This document shows positions 29,666 to 45,605 of a DNA stretch of 64,000 bases, piece after piece; the stretch's first letter is position 1, and each line of letters opens with the position of its first letter. The notes below the pieces were generated by a model. It was not told the DNA's origin and searched no databases. It saw nothing but the letters and a program-made list of their open reading frames with translations. The DNA comes from Octopus sinensis (taxonomy: Eukaryota): contig NC_043007.1 of NCBI RefSeq assembly GCF_006345805.1, forward strand, positions 55,738,001 to 55,802,000, in the 5' to 3' direction. The position numbers and the translations under genes were made by a program.

Positions 29666-30418
29666 GACATATGATGAAAGGTATTCTAAATACGATCGAT
29701 CCGTGCTTTTGAAAATTTTTAGGATTACATTAGCCAGTGCGACCGTCTTCCTTTTAAGACTAGGGTATGATTTATAAAAGATTTGACTTCTATTTCGAGC
29801 AAGTCAAAAATATTGCATATATGTTCTTTCGTTTATTCGTCCTACCAATTCCACTGCTTCATATGATAAGGATATCTTTTGACTAGAGACGCAACTACAT
29901 TCTTAAGAGAAGTATGTTTAGCTGCCCGATTAAAAAATTATGTGTATTACTGAACCTGAAAAGTGAATAAAGTATATATATATGTGTGTGTGTGTGTATG
30001 TATATTATATTTATTATATATATTAAATACATATATGTATATACACACATGCATATACAGTAGTAGCAAAGCTAAGGAGTGAGGGGAAATAAACAAACTG
30101 TAGCTTAGTTTTAATGTCTTTTATACACACACACGCACGCGCGCACGCATATATATATATATATATATATATACACGCATATAAATATTTTAATAATTAT
30201 ATACATAATTATAACAAGGGATTGGCTATAAGCCTCATGCGCTGGAAAAATAGACGCCAAAAGCGCGTAGAGAGGCTTATAGCCAATCCCTTGTTATAAT
30301 TATGCATATAATTATTAAACTATATGTAAAATTTACCTATATTTCCGCGCTGACCCTCCCCCCTCCCGGTAAAATCATTAATGATTATTACCCTTTATTA
30401 TAACACACACACACACAC

Positions 30419-30453
<35 letters not shown>

Positions 30454-31234
30454 TGTATGTATGTATGTATGTATGTATATGTAAATTTAGTTGAAATCGT
30501 TGTGCATGTTAGCAGAAAATCTACATTGCCATTATTTACGAAAGAAGAAATCCTTTCGTGTAAATCATATTCTCTTCTTCATTTTTAGAGTTAAGGTCGA
30601 GGAAGATGTTCTTAGAAGTGCTACTACAACAACAGCAGCATTTTTGGCTTTGTTGATTTATTATAGAGATTCACATTAGTTTATGCGAATGCATTCGGAT
30701 TTGTTTCCTTCTTCAAGCGATAATAGAAAAATATTCCTTAAACATGCAAATAGATATTCCTAAAAATGCAAAAATGCATGACTGTTCCGTAGGTGCCCAC
30801 TTAGATCAAGTATATACTTTAATAATTCTTCTTCTGTTCAGGTCAGGTTTTGGTCTTCATGTAAAATGCACCTTCACTGTCCGCAGAGACAATTACTTCA
30901 AAGTCTTAAATGACGATTACTTCAAAGTCTTTGGTAGTACTTCAACCCAGTCACTGATTCACAGTAGCTTTTTATTGATTGTTACAAATGTAGATTAGTT
31001 TATACAAAAGTTGTTTCAGGCTTAAGGAACATCAAATAGATTCAGGAAGAAATAATCTTAACTTAAGATAGATCTTATTTGTTCAAAAGGAAATTATCAT
31101 ATCTATAAACATATAAATTTTGATGAAATAATCCATCAGTTACGTTGAACTAATTATTGTAAGCGGTAACAGCCTTTAACGAGATAAATTTTATTTTAAA
31201 AGTAATAAGACGGCAAACTGACAGAATTATTTGA

Positions 31235-31390
31235 GCGTGGGATAAGACTTCAAATCCCTCCGATGTCAACTTTGCCTTTCATGCTTTCGGGATCGATAAA
31301 TCAAAGTACCAACCAAGTTCTGAGGTTGATAATCGATTACCACCCGCCCCTAAAATTGTTGGCCTTGTACCAAAATTTGTAACAGTTATT
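31235..31390 (+). mobile_element. Nin-domain-like SINE fragment
   Basis: tcaaatccctccgatgtcaactttgcctttcatgctttcgggatcgataaa..agtacc. Confidence 0.65.
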
Positions 31391-31979
31391 TCAAACGAAG
31401 AAATTTGTGTTTGCTGTGAAACATCATACTAGATTGGAGGCTAAGTGATATACATTAAAATACGTCATGTAAATTTGGGGGTGAAGTGCTATCACTGCTT
31501 TAGGGATCATTTCATGCAGAATCGAAGTTTTCAAATCGAGTACCTTTCTTTCTGTATCTTAATCCCTCCAAAATTTTGATATAATTAAAAAACAATATTC
31601 ATAATCTTTTTTAATCCTTTGATTTTATAGAATCTAATCAATCCGAAATAACAGAAATTGTAGATATCACTTATTCATTGGGTAATAAATACTTCAAACG
31701 GAAAACTACAAATCTCAACCTCTCCGCCCCTTCCTCTGCATATATCAAAAGCATAGCTCAAGATTTATGCTTCCTCCATGCATCATTGCTTGCAACAGCT
31801 TTATTTAAAAGTATATTTTTTAGTTGCTCTTTTTCAAAGTTTTTTTTTGCTTCCCACTTGACTGTCATGCATCACTAAATTCTTTTATTCTTTTCCACTT
31901 CTTAAACTCTGAAACTAAGAAATGCTCACAGTAAGGGAGGAATGGAAAGTGAAGGAGTAAAAATAAAGACGGGAGGAAT

Positions 31980-32017
<38 letters not shown>

Positions 32018-34199
32018 GAAAAGAGATACATAGTGTATAGAAGAAAGTGTGTGTCAAGAGAGGGAGTGGAGAAAGAGAGGGAAAGAGAAAGAGAGAGAGA
32101 GAGAAAAAAAAGAGAAAGAGAAAGAAAGTTAAGTTTCATTGCTTTAACAAATGAAAGCCAACAGCGTGGTTGGCTAATTTAGACTAGAAGAATCCAACAA
32201 ATGTGATTTATGCCAAATAATCATAGATTTTTGCTTCATTTAGTTTAAGTAAAATTTAAAGTCAAAAGCTTTATTATTTCAGATTATATGATATTCGTTT
32301 TTATTTGATGTATTTTTGAGTTGATTATTGTATTTCATTTCAAAACCAAAGTTATTTTCATTAATTTTTCCAACATGTCTGTTTCGAATGTACTTAGAAT
32401 AGCTAGGTGTATAGGTTGGTGGTGATGGTGGTGATGATGATGGTGGTGGTGGTGGTGGTGGTTACTAGCAGAGGAAGAATAGAACAGGCAGGCCAACGAA
32501 GGGTAGTATTTGCATTCCATGAAATGTAATGATTTTGAAGAATTCAAAGACTTCATATTTCTTTCATGAACAATTGTAAATACCTCCTACCTCTCCATTT
32601 TCCTCATCTTTCTATCTGTTCAATTATATTTTGTTATATTTATTATTTAGTTTGTTGTTTATTTCAGGTTTGTGCATTAATTTAGCTATTGTGTAATCTA
32701 ACTGAACTTCATTATATTTATTTACCGTTATTTACATAATGCTGAATAGCAGCCGCTGTAGTTGGGAAGGGGTAAGCAAGCTACCAGTGTGTCAAATTTA
32801 TTCTCCATTATAGCCATTTCATTTCACTCGTGACACTAATTCCCAATAGAAAGACAGGTTTGTTACACAAGCGTTTTGTTTTTGTTTAGGTTGTTGCTGT
32901 CTGACCCCAGGAGAGCCCTGATCGAGGAAGCCTAAGATCAAGAGCATCTCATTAACAATCACCCAGTCTTTTCTCAGTTAGTCTACTCGAGATCACATTA
33001 TTCCGTGTGGCCTATTTTCAAAACGGCTGAGTGTAATTTGAGAGGGATTTCACAGCTATGTCAAGCGGGTCTTCTTTGATTGATATATAATGAAGAAATA
33101 TTGTGTTGCAACGAACAAGAATAGAAACAAAGACAAACATAAATAGTTGTTGACCATATTTTCGTCTTCGTCAGGAACGAAGTTGGATGCGATGTCAGTG
33201 ATCATATATAGTTTCCAGATATTCGTGTGGTTGTTGGAAATAAGAATAAACCATGAACAAAAGTGAGAGCCTACGGATTGCTATAATGTACCAACTGAAA
33301 AAGTACATATCCAAAGTATTTTCTTTGGTTTAAGATCCCAAAATACCAAGTTACAACATTTTGATGGAAAACGCTTCCAATATAGGACATCGTTGTAGGT
33401 GGCACCAATGACCGCGTGTTAATGCCCGGAGGTACCAATCTTAGAACTCCTTTAAGAATTACTTTTACTGGAATCGGTTGTCTAATCCGAGTGATTGCAA
33501 AAAAGTGGACACTACTTAAATAATATGGGACCAGATGTGGTATTAGAAAGGATAAGGTGATGTTGAAATTCTAGAAGAAAAGAAACCCTACATAATCCTT
33601 GAATTTACTTTCGTACTTAGGCGTTCTGAGCTCCAAACCTGCCAGAATCTCTTTTTCTACCATCGATTCTTATGTATTATAGTTAACCCCAAATAGCATT
33701 AGCCTGCTGACAGTTTATCCCTTTTTTATGATCTAACCTATACCCAAAACATCACCACTTACTGGATGCCTATATGTGGTTGTTTTATCTACTAGAAACG
33801 TGAGCTAAATCTCCCTTTTAGAAAAAGATAGTTGAATTACTCATCCTTAGTTTCCTCCGCATAGCAACATGATGGTTCCAGTTAGAATGCTTTGGTCTAA
33901 GCAATCAAAATTGACTTGGAGCTAACTAACAACGTAAATAAAACATCCTGTTCCTGTGTGAGCCACAAGTCTCACCTTCTTTGTATAGTACATCTTCACC
34001 GCCCAAAATATGTTCTATTTTCATATCTGTCTGTCTATCTATCTCTGTCTGTCTGTATGTCTCTGTCTGTCTGTCTGTTTCTCTCTCTCTCTCTCTGTGT
34101 CATTCGCCTCTTTTTCGTATTTAAAACATCTAGATCACCTCGCTCAAAATATTTCTTCTTGTGTTAAGCACAAACATCTCGTTTCACCTTTCTCTGAAG

Positions 34200-34700
34200 G
34201 CATTGTCTTTTGTGACTTCAACACTTCCAACTTTTCTTAGCTCGCACAATCCTTTCATATTAATACTGCCAAAATTGAATGTTTTTTTCAATCTGATACC
34301 TGTTACATAAATTAATCTTATTCTGTCTCTGTATCCTTGGTAGATACAAATGCTTCAAGCACCTAAAGTCTCTTCCTCAACTCCAACAAACCATCACAAC
34401 AAATATCCCAAGTCCAATTGTTGGTTGACTCATAGCATCCCTGTAGCAATTCAGGCAAAGAATAAAGCCTACAACGCTTGGAAAAATATTACCCCTACAA
34501 AGAAAATAGGCGCTTTTACCCTGCAATTCACCCCAGAACCATCATTTGAAATGCAAATGATGCAACCATGTAGCAACATCTCGCTATTTTTTTTTTTTAC
34601 CTCGTAAACTACATTTGATCCGTTTAGCTCCACTATTTTCACTTCTCTACTATGACCGTTCTGTTAGCAATGGTCCTTCATCTACGTAATATTTGATGAG
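34200..34700 (+). mobile_element. Possible decayed LINE ORF2 linker fragment
   Basis: Peptide CWLTHSIPVAIQAKNKAYNAWK resembles the post-endonuclease region of CR1/Jockey-group ORF2; weak. Confidence 0.3.
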
Positions 34701-35449
34701 AACAATGTTGTTGTTCCACATGACATCAAAAAAACATTCACGTTGGGCCGGTGAATCTTTTCGCAAAATTACCTGTCTTCAGGACCCCCGTGTCAAGTCA
34801 CTTGGATCAGAATTTTGTTAGATTGTATCGGTGCAACTTCTTCTGGTGGATTCCCCTCCCACTCACTTTTCTTTCTTTATTTATTTCTTTAGTGTACGAA
34901 AACTCGTCCCGTCTATGCAGAAAGAAAGAGCGGGTGTCGCCTGACAGGCCGTCTCACGCTTTGTTTGACATTTCTTAGAGAAGACGTATCCGTTTTCCTT
35001 CCTCTTTATACAATGTTTGGCTCTATACAAAGCAGTTATGAATTAGATTATTACCAAGTGGATAGCTTAATTTGCCATTTTACTGGACTCTTTTTATCGA
35101 TTTTACTAAATAATACATGTCTTGACGGCGCAGACCAACACCAGTCACTTTGCAGTCTGATCATAACACACATGTACACATATACAATCATATATATAAA
35201 CACATACACGCGCGCGCGCACGCACGTACGCACGCACGTATGTATGTAAGGCGGATTGGCAGAATATTAAGAGTGTTGGATAAAATACCACATGGTAACT
35301 GTTCTGATTCTGCTTGAAGTGCAATTTTAGTGAGCAACCAAACATGAAATCCAGAGCGTTACTTTGACGGAACTGTCAGAGTCAGACAGGTTTCCTTGCA
35401 GTAACTGTTCTGTTCGGTCCTTTTACGTTCCGACAGCAACGCCTGCGAA

Positions 35450-38005
35450 TCGCGGAATAAGCATATCGAACGCGTGAAGTGTGTCTTTAAAAAGAATTAA
35501 GGATTATGGTTTCACACTCAATAATGACAAGTGCGAATTTTTTTTTTGCCTAAAATCAAATACCTAGGTCAGATCATACATAAGAATGGAACACGTTCTG
35601 ACCCGTCGAGAGCACACGCAATCAAGAATATACCTTCTCCAACGAATATACCGACATTACAAGCTTCCCTTGACCTGGTAAATTACTATCAACATTACAT
35701 TCCAAATATACATAAATTGAGAGCACCATTAAACGATTTACTAAGAGATTAAGTAAAATGGAATTAGTCAGTAAAGTGCTAAAACGCATTTGAAGACACC
35801 AAGAAAATACTAATTTCTGACTTGTCACTAACGCATTTCGATCCTAGAATGGATGTTGTTGTATCGTCTGATGCTTCGGAGTATGTGATGGGAGCAGTCT
35901 TGCTGCACAAGAATAATGATGGAAATATGAAGCCAGTAGTTCATGCTTCACGTTCGATGATAGCAGCGGGAAAAAGTAGTCAGACAGAGAGGGAGGCTAT
36001 ATCGATTATTTTTGTGGTAAAAGTTTTCACAAATTTCTACATGGTAGAAGATATTTGCTACATACCGATCATCGACCGTTACTATCAAATTTTGAATCAA
36101 AGAAGGGATTGCCGACCCTTACAGAGAACCGACTACAATGCTTGGGTACAATATTACTGAACTACAATTATAAGATACAGTCTATTCCGTCGAAGAAAAT
36201 TGGTCATGCAGACTGCTTATCGAGGCTAATTCCCAAGAGCGTGCAACCGCTAGAAGAGACCGTGATAGCGTCAAGGAAGTAAGAAGTATTGTGTGTAATA
36301 TAATCCAGGAACCGCCGGTGACAGCGTATGATATAAAAATGATATCTGTAGAGGATAGTTACATTACAAGAATGAAAGAAACATTGAAAGATAAGCATAA
36401 TGAAAATACAAATTCAAATGATTTCTCACTATGTGACAGTATCTTAATGTACGCGCAGAGAGTAGTACCAAGTGCACTATAGAAACGAGTATTGCAACAA
36501 TTCTACTGTGGGTACCCGGGAATGTCCAGAATAAAAGCTTTTATGGGGAACTTTGTATATTGGCCGACTATGGACAGGGACATCGAGAAATTGGTGAAAG
36601 CATGTAGAGGTTGTGCGTTGGCAACCAAAGTACGACCTGTAAAATACCAATCGTGGCCATAGACTGAGAGCCCATAGTCTAGGATACCTATCAACTACGC
36701 TGGACCAGTGAGCGGCGCATACTATCTAATCGTTGTGGATAGCTATACAAAGTGGCTAGAGGTATACAGATGTAATAAGTCCTCAGCAAGGACAACAACA
36801 AAGTTCCTACTCGAGTTATTTGTTTGATACGGTGTTTCAGACACGTTAGTTTCATATAATGGGATACAATTCACGGGATATGAATTAAGAAAATTCTGCA
36901 AAATACATGCCATATAGCACATCTTTACCCCACCCTACTACTCGAGATCAAATAGGCAGGTGGTAAGATTTGTCGACATTCAAAAGAGCTCTAAGAAAAA
37001 CTAGGAACGAGCTAGATAATGACGAGGCACTAACAAAATTTTTGAGAGTATATAGAATAACGCCAAATTCAAATACTAATTCAGGAAAGTCATCAGCAGA
37101 GTTAATGTTCATGCGTAAAGTAAAGTTGATCTTCAATAAATTATTGCCAGGAAAAAAATACATATAAAGGAAAGACAAAAAATACATTTAAAGGAAATAC
37201 AAGAAATATTTTAAGACATTTCGAAGTGGGAGATAAAGTTCATTTTAAAAATTACAAAAGCGGTAAAAGGTTGGAAGGATGGCTGTTTAATCAACAGATT
37301 GGGTAACATGATGAAAGTAATTAAAAGACAATGTTCGGAATTTATGAGACACCTTAACCAGTTAAAGATGAAACATACAAAAGAACGAAGGGTAATACCA
37401 ATGGAAGTCTTCTATGATATTTTGGAAGTGCTAGCACCGAGAGATGTTGAACCCCGTAGAACTAGCTTCAGAAAACGAAAATAGATTGAATATCTGGAAG
37501 TAATACCTAAACGAAAGAGATATTAAATTTAAAAAAAAAATAAAAACAAAAAAAATAAACAAGAGTACTAACAAAAGTGCTTAGAACAACGAAAAGAAAA
37601 AATGCTGTATGCAACGACCAATACTACCTTAAAAGTCGAGTAACAATTAAGATACAACAGCTAAAAAAAAGAGGAAGTGCTGGAAATAAAAATAAAAAAA
37701 AAGAAATTCCACTTTCTCACAGTAGTCAAAATCGAAGTCTACAAAGAGAAACTGTGATGAGAGTTACGACACCCCCTTGCAAGAAATAGACTAGTCCGAG
37801 TTAAGTATAAATAGTAACGATCCGAGTGAGTACAAAGTTCGGAGTTCGGAGTCGAGTGAAGTTCGTGTTAGTTCGCAGTGAAGTCAGAAGGTGTCGGTTG
37901 GTTAGTTCACAAGGAATATTGATTGCTGGTTCGTAAGGAGATTTGTTAGTTTGTTACATTGTTTCTACTGTTGTCTGGTTATCTTATTTATTGTACATTA
38001 CAACA
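35450..38005 (+). mobile_element. pol: Decayed Ty3/Gypsy LTR retrotransposon: RT end, RNase H, integrase, PPT and putative 3' LTR
   Basis: DYGFTLNNDKCEFF.PKIKYLGQII; LTHFDPRMDVVVSSDASEY.MGAVLLH; HTDHRPLL; GYPGMSRIKA..VYWP..CRGC; LIVVDSYTKWLEV; FKRALRK; purine tract 37663-37677 followed by TG at 37678 and ..caaca at 38005. Confidence 0.88.
37678..38005 (+). repeat. Putative 3' LTR (no partner LTR in window)
   Basis: Starts TG right after PPT aaaaaaaagaggaag, ends CA before a (CTAT)n array. Confidence 0.5.
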
Positions 38006-38089
<84 letters not shown>

Positions 38090-38124
38090 ATCTATCTACC
38101 TATCTATCTATCTATCGAGTCCGA

Positions 38125-38640
38125 TTCGGGACAAATAGATACTTCTGCTGAGGCTGTATGGCAAAGTAGGCTGATCAGGGTAGTTTGTAGTGTCCTTGTT
38201 TTTTCTTTCTTCTCTTGTCTGCAAGAATAGTCCTGTAGGTGTCTTCAAAAGAAACCATTTTCTGGAGAACTGTGAGATGCCAGGCTTCACGGTCAGTGGC
38301 AAGAACAGACCACTGGTGCTGACCAATGTGGAAGGCAGCAAAGGCTTTCTTTAGGAAGTCCTTGTACCTATTCTTTGGCGTTTCTCTATCACGGCGACCA
38401 AAGGAGAGTTCGCTATATAGCGTGATCTTGGAATGTTGATGATCCTCCACCCTAGAGACTTGTTCTACCCGGCGTGGCTGTGTTTTCAACAGATGTGCTT
38501 CAGTGCTGATGACCTTCGCTAACTCTAGGACCTAGATGTTAATAACAAAGTCACTCCAGCAGATGCTGAGGATAATGAGAGAGCAGCGCTGTTGGAATCA
38601 CTTAAGGAGTAGTAGGTGGGTCGACAGAAGGCCTTCGACG
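38125..38640 (-). mobile_element. RTE (BovB-like) LINE ORF2 C-terminal fragment
   Basis: FQQRCSLIILSICWSDFVINI..LLKTQPRRVEQVSRVEDHQHSKITLYSELSFGRRDRETPKNRYKDFLKK..QWSVLATDREAW. Confidence 0.85.
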
Positions 38641-39049
38641 GATTTCGATGCGTAAGATCGAACTTGGAAGCAAGTGGATTGAAAGCTAATATTTTAACCA
38701 CACCTCCTTACCTATTATCATTTTGGCATGTATTTCTCAACTTCTCATGTCTCTTTTGATACGAAGTGGAAGATTTCAGTCAAAACTTATTCAAGGTGAA
38801 GCTGCAGCTAAAACAGAATAAATATTTGAAAAGATACCTTTTAGCTTCTTCGTGCTCTTACAAAGACAAACGAAACATTAACTATGTGCGCGCGCGTGTC
38901 TTATCACTTAAAGTACCGATCAACAGTTGCACGGGCAGCGATAGAGAAGGGATTTGGACACATACTCTATATACTATCAGTGAAGGGTAATCAACAATTT
39001 ATTCTTGGAGAGAAACCTGTCAAATTGTCATTTCAAACAGTAGCACATG

Positions 39050-40000
39050 TGTAAGAAGTCATACATTATTTTCGTGACAATGTGATCCTTAATCTGTCTT
39101 CATGGTATGTAATTCTTCTCTTATAGTCTACAAAGTAAATATTCTGAAGCATTCAATGTGATAATAATCATCAGAAGTGATCACGCTTGTTTCATACTTT
39201 ACTGTGCTAAGAAAGTCATTGTTAATTTATTTAGGCACGGGTCTATTTTTTTTCCTAACTAATATATCTATAGCTGTTCTAACTGAAAATCTTTCTGTAG
39301 TACAATAAACTCCTTTGAAATTACAATGTTGCTAGGTATTACTATCTGATAAGTCCAACATAACCACTTAAACCTATCTGTTAACATTCTGTCAGCACTG
39401 GCAGCACTCAAACAGTGCCATTTATATGTAACAATTTTAATTGTGAATCCACTTTCTTTACTTAATCCTTTCTAGATGTTTGCAGCATTGAATAATGGTT
39501 GCACGAGATAGTTTCTTTAAATCTGGATTCTATATAATCAATAAATGAACCTTTTAATAACCACACCTAATGGTATCATCGAGCAACATTTGTTAATTAT
39601 AACAATTTTATGAGATTCCCTTTCCTATATCTCACTCTTTGTTATGCCACTGTTGTCAATTATTCATTTTACGCAGAGATCTTTCAATTGTCTTCAAGAA
39701 TGTGTCTTCCATTTCCATACAGAATCGAATAAAAAGCAGTAAATTATTGAAGGTGATTTAAATTCCCTTTCCACACATTCTGTTCGACAAAACTCTCTTA
39801 CTTTACACTATTCTATTCTTAAGGCACATGATATAATCCGGAAGCAATCGCTGATATTTACATACAATATAGGTGATGAAAAATATTTGGCAACTACTGT
39901 AGACTCAGCAAGCTTCTTTAATGGTTTAGTCAGAGGAATAAGAACAACTCCTAAAATTCCTTTGGTGGCAGGAAAAGAAGAGGTGATCCTCAGAAGGGAG
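39050..40000 (-). mobile_element. Heavily decayed RLE-type (R4-like) RT remnant
   Basis: Minus strand VVLIPLTKPLKK and KVDSQLKLLHING..ASADRM resemble conserved R4 RT/thumb segments; many stops. Confidence 0.3.
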
Positions 40001-40450
40001 ACTTAACTTGAACATTTGTAATGGACTCAGTTACAGATAGTCAAGGGCTGGGTAACACTGTTAAACATGGCTGTAGATTAAACATGGCAACGAATCTACC
40101 TTTCAAACAGCAGTTCTTTCTAACTATTTATAACATAACGAGAGCGTTAGAGTACTGCCATTTATCATTTTAATGTAGCTAGTAACTAAATGGACTCGTA
40201 ATTTATTGAGCAACGATATTATGGAATAATAAAATAATATATTTGACCTAAACAAGATTTGAACCAGAGCGGAGTTATAACTCGGAACCAAAAGGTCGTT
40301 CCATCTTCTGCACACAAACACACACTCACATATATACTTTCACACACACGCACACGAGCGTGTGCATATATATATATTTTCTATCTCTCTTTATATATAC
40401 ATATATTCTCTCTCTTTATAAATATATATATATATATATATATTCCCCCC

Positions 40451-40501
<51 letters not shown>

Positions 40502-40532
40502 ATATAGAGGGCATTATACATACATGCCAGGA

Positions 40533-40593
<61 letters not shown>

Positions 40594-41059
40594 AACGAAG
40601 TGAAAACGCGCACATACATGCGTACGCCCAGTCAAATTTATTTGTATACAGATAAAATGCCATGTCAGAAACATCATTCCTGGATATGACGGTGGTCTAT
40701 TGAAGTTCACTACAGACAACTGTTCACCAAATATTCTAAGTGAACCGCTTATTAATAAATGTTAGTTGCATAAGAATACAGAGCCATGACATCCGACAGA
40801 TGTAGTAAGTTGAAATATGTTCTGACGTTAGAAGTTATATCGGAAACGGTTTCCCGATTGCTAATTTACGGTTCTATTATGCATTCGTTACATTCCATTT
40901 CCAGCAATAATATTTTTTCTTTTACTCACCCGCTCTTTTTCCCTGCAATCCACTGAGACACGAATCTTTCTGTGTATATGTATTATGTATGTATAGGGTT
41001 TGTATGTAAATATGCATGTATTGTGTGTATGAATCAACGGGTATATGTATAGGCTTAGA

Positions 41060-42115
<1,056 letters not shown>

Positions 42116-43621
42116 CATGCTATGTGTTTTTCTATTGAATAGTTCGATAAAGTGCGCAAAAATAAATCAAACAACAATCAAAATAACACGAACAACAGCA
42201 AGAAGAGCGTGTAATGCCGGCATTACTTATGTGGGCTGAGTATTATAGGATGAAAGCAAACTGAAATGACAGCAACTGAAAAGACTGACAAGAAAGCTTT
42301 ATACATCCAGCATTGCCACGCCTGGTTTCAGAGCATTTACCGATGGAGATTTATTTCAATGAAATTTAATATTTTCTCTGCATAAGGGAAGTTAGATATG
42401 GTTGCAGGGATGGGAAGGAGGTTAAAACATAATAGAGCGAATAAAAGAAAAGTATTCAACAACATTAACATCAACAACTACATCAGTAACAACAAAAACT
42501 ATAGTTATTACTAAAAAGAAGAAGAAAAAGAAAAAAGAAAAACGCAGCAACATCATTATACACGAAAGAAAAAAACTGTTATGAAAATAATAACAACAGT
42601 AGGAACAACAACAACAACAAGGCGAAAATTAATAAAATGTGTATCTGCTCAACCAAATACCACGCCATAGCCAAAATACGGAGTGGGGTGGTACAAAGAT
42701 ATAATAAGTACAATAACATTCAAAATAAATCGAAAAGAAAAAACGCCACAGCAACGATTTTAAAGAAAAACAGCATTAACAGCAAGGAAACAAACAACAA
42801 CATGGAAGCAACAATAACAAAATATCAAAAGTATCAGATTGAATAGGAGTAGGTGGGAATTGAAAACGGATAAGACAACTACAACAAATATAACTTCTGC
42901 AGAGAACATACTGAGACATATTACAACAACGAAAGCTAACAGAGCAGGCATACCTAGTCATATCTATATACGTATATATTCATACAAGTATATATTTATT
43001 TATGTTTGTATGTAGTTATGTTTATATATGTGTATGTGTGCGTGTGTCTCTATGTGCACATATATACTTAAATCGATTATACATACATACCTACGTACCC
43101 ACATACATGTATGTATGCATATACACATACACACACATATAAATATGTAAATACATATCTGTATACACATAAATATTTAAATACATATATATCTATATAT
43201 ATATATATTTATATATATATATATATGTGTGTGTATGTGTGTGTGTGTGATATGCATGTGTGTGTAAGTGCATTAATATATTATGTATATTGCATACAAA
43301 AATACATTCTCACGCACACACAAACTTATATACACAGTCGTGCACAAACATATAAAGAAATGCATATAACATTGAATAACTAACTAAACATCTATAATAA
43401 ATAGCCATAGAAATGTAAAAATATATTAAAAGAATGGCAGAAAAGTAATAAATAGCAGAGCTAAAAACGATAAATAGAAATTTGAACATTAGCAATAATT
43501 TTCTTTTTCTCCACGCACACGTATATTAATATAACACATACTTATGTACGTATATGCATGTGTGTATGCATAAGTATGCATATATGTGTGTATATATATA
43601 TATCATGTATATATGTATGTA

Positions 43622-43689
<68 letters not shown>

Positions 43690-43693
<4 letters not shown>

Positions 43694-43748
43694 GGTGCCC
43701 CAGCATGACCGCAGTCTAATGACTGAAACAAGTAAAAGGTAAAAGGTA
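43690..43748 (+). mobile_element. SINE/LINE 3' tail stub
   Basis: ggtggtgccccagcatgaccgcagtctaatgactgaaacaagtaaaagg. Confidence 0.8.
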
Positions 43749-43750
43749 AG

Positions 43751-43829
<79 letters not shown>

Positions 43830-43839
43830 CTGTATATGA

Positions 43840-45200
43840 GAAAAATGGAAAAGGTACCCAGACAATTGTTTTATCATCTGGAATGAAAACTATGTTAAAC
43901 TCCTGGATTTCAAATCCACAATGAACAATATGAACTCCAATATTCAATTTTCAGTGGAATATAGCAAGGAACAGCTCCCATTTCTGAACATTTTGATTAT
44001 ATTAAAAAATCCAACAACCAAATTGCAACTGACATCGACTACAAACCAACAGACTCAAAACAGTATGATGAAACACGGCAAAATAAATATCCCATTCAAT
44101 CTAGCTAAAAGGATCTGTACAATTGTATCTGACATAAACACTCGGGAACTTCGCCTACAAGACCTCAAAATAACACTCATTGAACGCCAATACCCATCCG
44201 CACTTATAGACCATGGAATTGAACATGCCAAGAAATTGGACACAAACACACTAAGGAAAACAAAACAAAACACCACACCTCTCTTTAAATCACTCCCATT
44301 CATATCAACCCACAACCCCAGAAATCATGAAGCATACAACACAATTATACAAAATCTCCCTCTGCTCACTCAAGACCCGAAAATGAACAAATGCAAAAGG
44401 CAACACAAATCACACACGAGACTCCTAAAAAATGCAAAACTATACTCAATACATACGATACCAACAGTTAAAAAATGCAGACGACCTAATTGTGATGCAT
44501 GCTCATACCTAACTGAAGGCTCGAAATTCACATTCCAGCAAGGAGAAAAATTCTCACTTAAGACCAACTTCACATGTGCTTCCCAGAACCTTATCTATGT
44601 TCTAACCTGCTCAGGTTGTGGCCAAAATTATGTAGGCCAAACGACCCTTACTTTGAGACGCAGAGTCACACTACATAAAGAACAGATACGTTTTCTTCAA
44701 TACAGGCAGATAACCCTAAGCGAATATATCGACATATGCGCAAGAAATAAAACGCCGAATTTCCATATCTTTCCATTATATCAATGCAAAGATTCAATCT
44801 CCTTACAAGAACGCCTAGACAAGGAAAACCTGTTCATACAAAAATACAGACCACACCTTAATATACAAACTTAAGCACTTCAAAAATTATACTGAGGAGT
44901 TAGTTGTCCCCCTTTCCACCTGCTTCCTCCCTTGATCCACTCTCTAAACTCATTCTTATTTTTCAAGCATCCAAAATGGCGAGACCACTTTGTCTCAAGA
45001 ATTGATTACTCCCCAATGTCCCTTGAAAAGCTAATTTGAATAGCGAAAACTGGTTGGATATCACTACATCCATAAAATATATATATATATTTTTAAAAAT
45101 TTCTTTATAAAAAGATATTAAACTATGTGAAACGAAGGCATTTCTCTTCCACTTTTTATTGTTTTCCACATATTTTCAACCTATACATATATTCTTTTAT
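43840..45200 (+). mobile_element. 5'-truncated Penelope-like element (RT thumb + GIY-YIG endonuclease + pLTR)
   Basis: [13 protein letters not shown] (decayed YxDD) upstream of ORF 43921-44874: IQFSVEYSKEQLPFL..CRRPNCDAC..FTCASQNLIYVLTCSGCGQNYVGQT..ENLFIQKYRPHLN; EN domain homologous to 7735-8277. Confidence 0.92.
45016..45061 (+). ncRNA. Minimal PLE-type hammerhead ribozyme, variant core
   Basis: atgtcc c TTGAAAA gcta-atttgaa-tagc GAAA actggt t ggatat; stem I atgtcc/ggatat, stem II GCTA/TAGC. Confidence 0.55.
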
Positions 45201-45417
45201 CTTTTTTACTTGTTTCAGTAATTTTTGACAGTGGCCATGCTGGAGCACCACCTTTTGGTCGAAGAAATCAACCCCAGGACTTATTCATTGTAAGCCTGGT
45301 ATTTATTCTACCGGTTTCTTTTGTCGAACCGCTAAGTTACGGGGACCTATACGCAGCAACATCGGTTGTTAAGCGTTGGTGGTGGGGGGAACACACATAG
45401 ACACAAATATAAATACA

Positions 45418-45452
<35 letters not shown>

Positions 45453-45605
45453 GACGGGCTTCTTTAGTTTCCGTCTACCAAATCCACTCACAAGGTTTTT
45501 GTCGGCCCGAGGCTATAGAAGACGATGCTTGCCTAATGTGCCATGCAGTGGAACTGAGCCCGGAACTAAGTAGTTGGGAAGCAAGCTTCTTACTACACGA
45601 CCACG
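45190..45605 (-). mobile_element. Full-length tRNA-derived SINE (head, internal (TA)n, 3' half, LINE-like tail)
   Basis: Colinear with 60571-60976. Confidence 0.88.

Noticed and set aside
33240-33560. Possible Helitron helicase remnant
   Set aside because: I could not recover helicase motifs in any frame
42440-42900. CAA/AAC-rich stretch giving N/K/T-rich ORFs (similar GTT-rich stretch at 2820-3560)
   Set aside because: Degenerate trinucleotide low-complexity DNA with frequent stops
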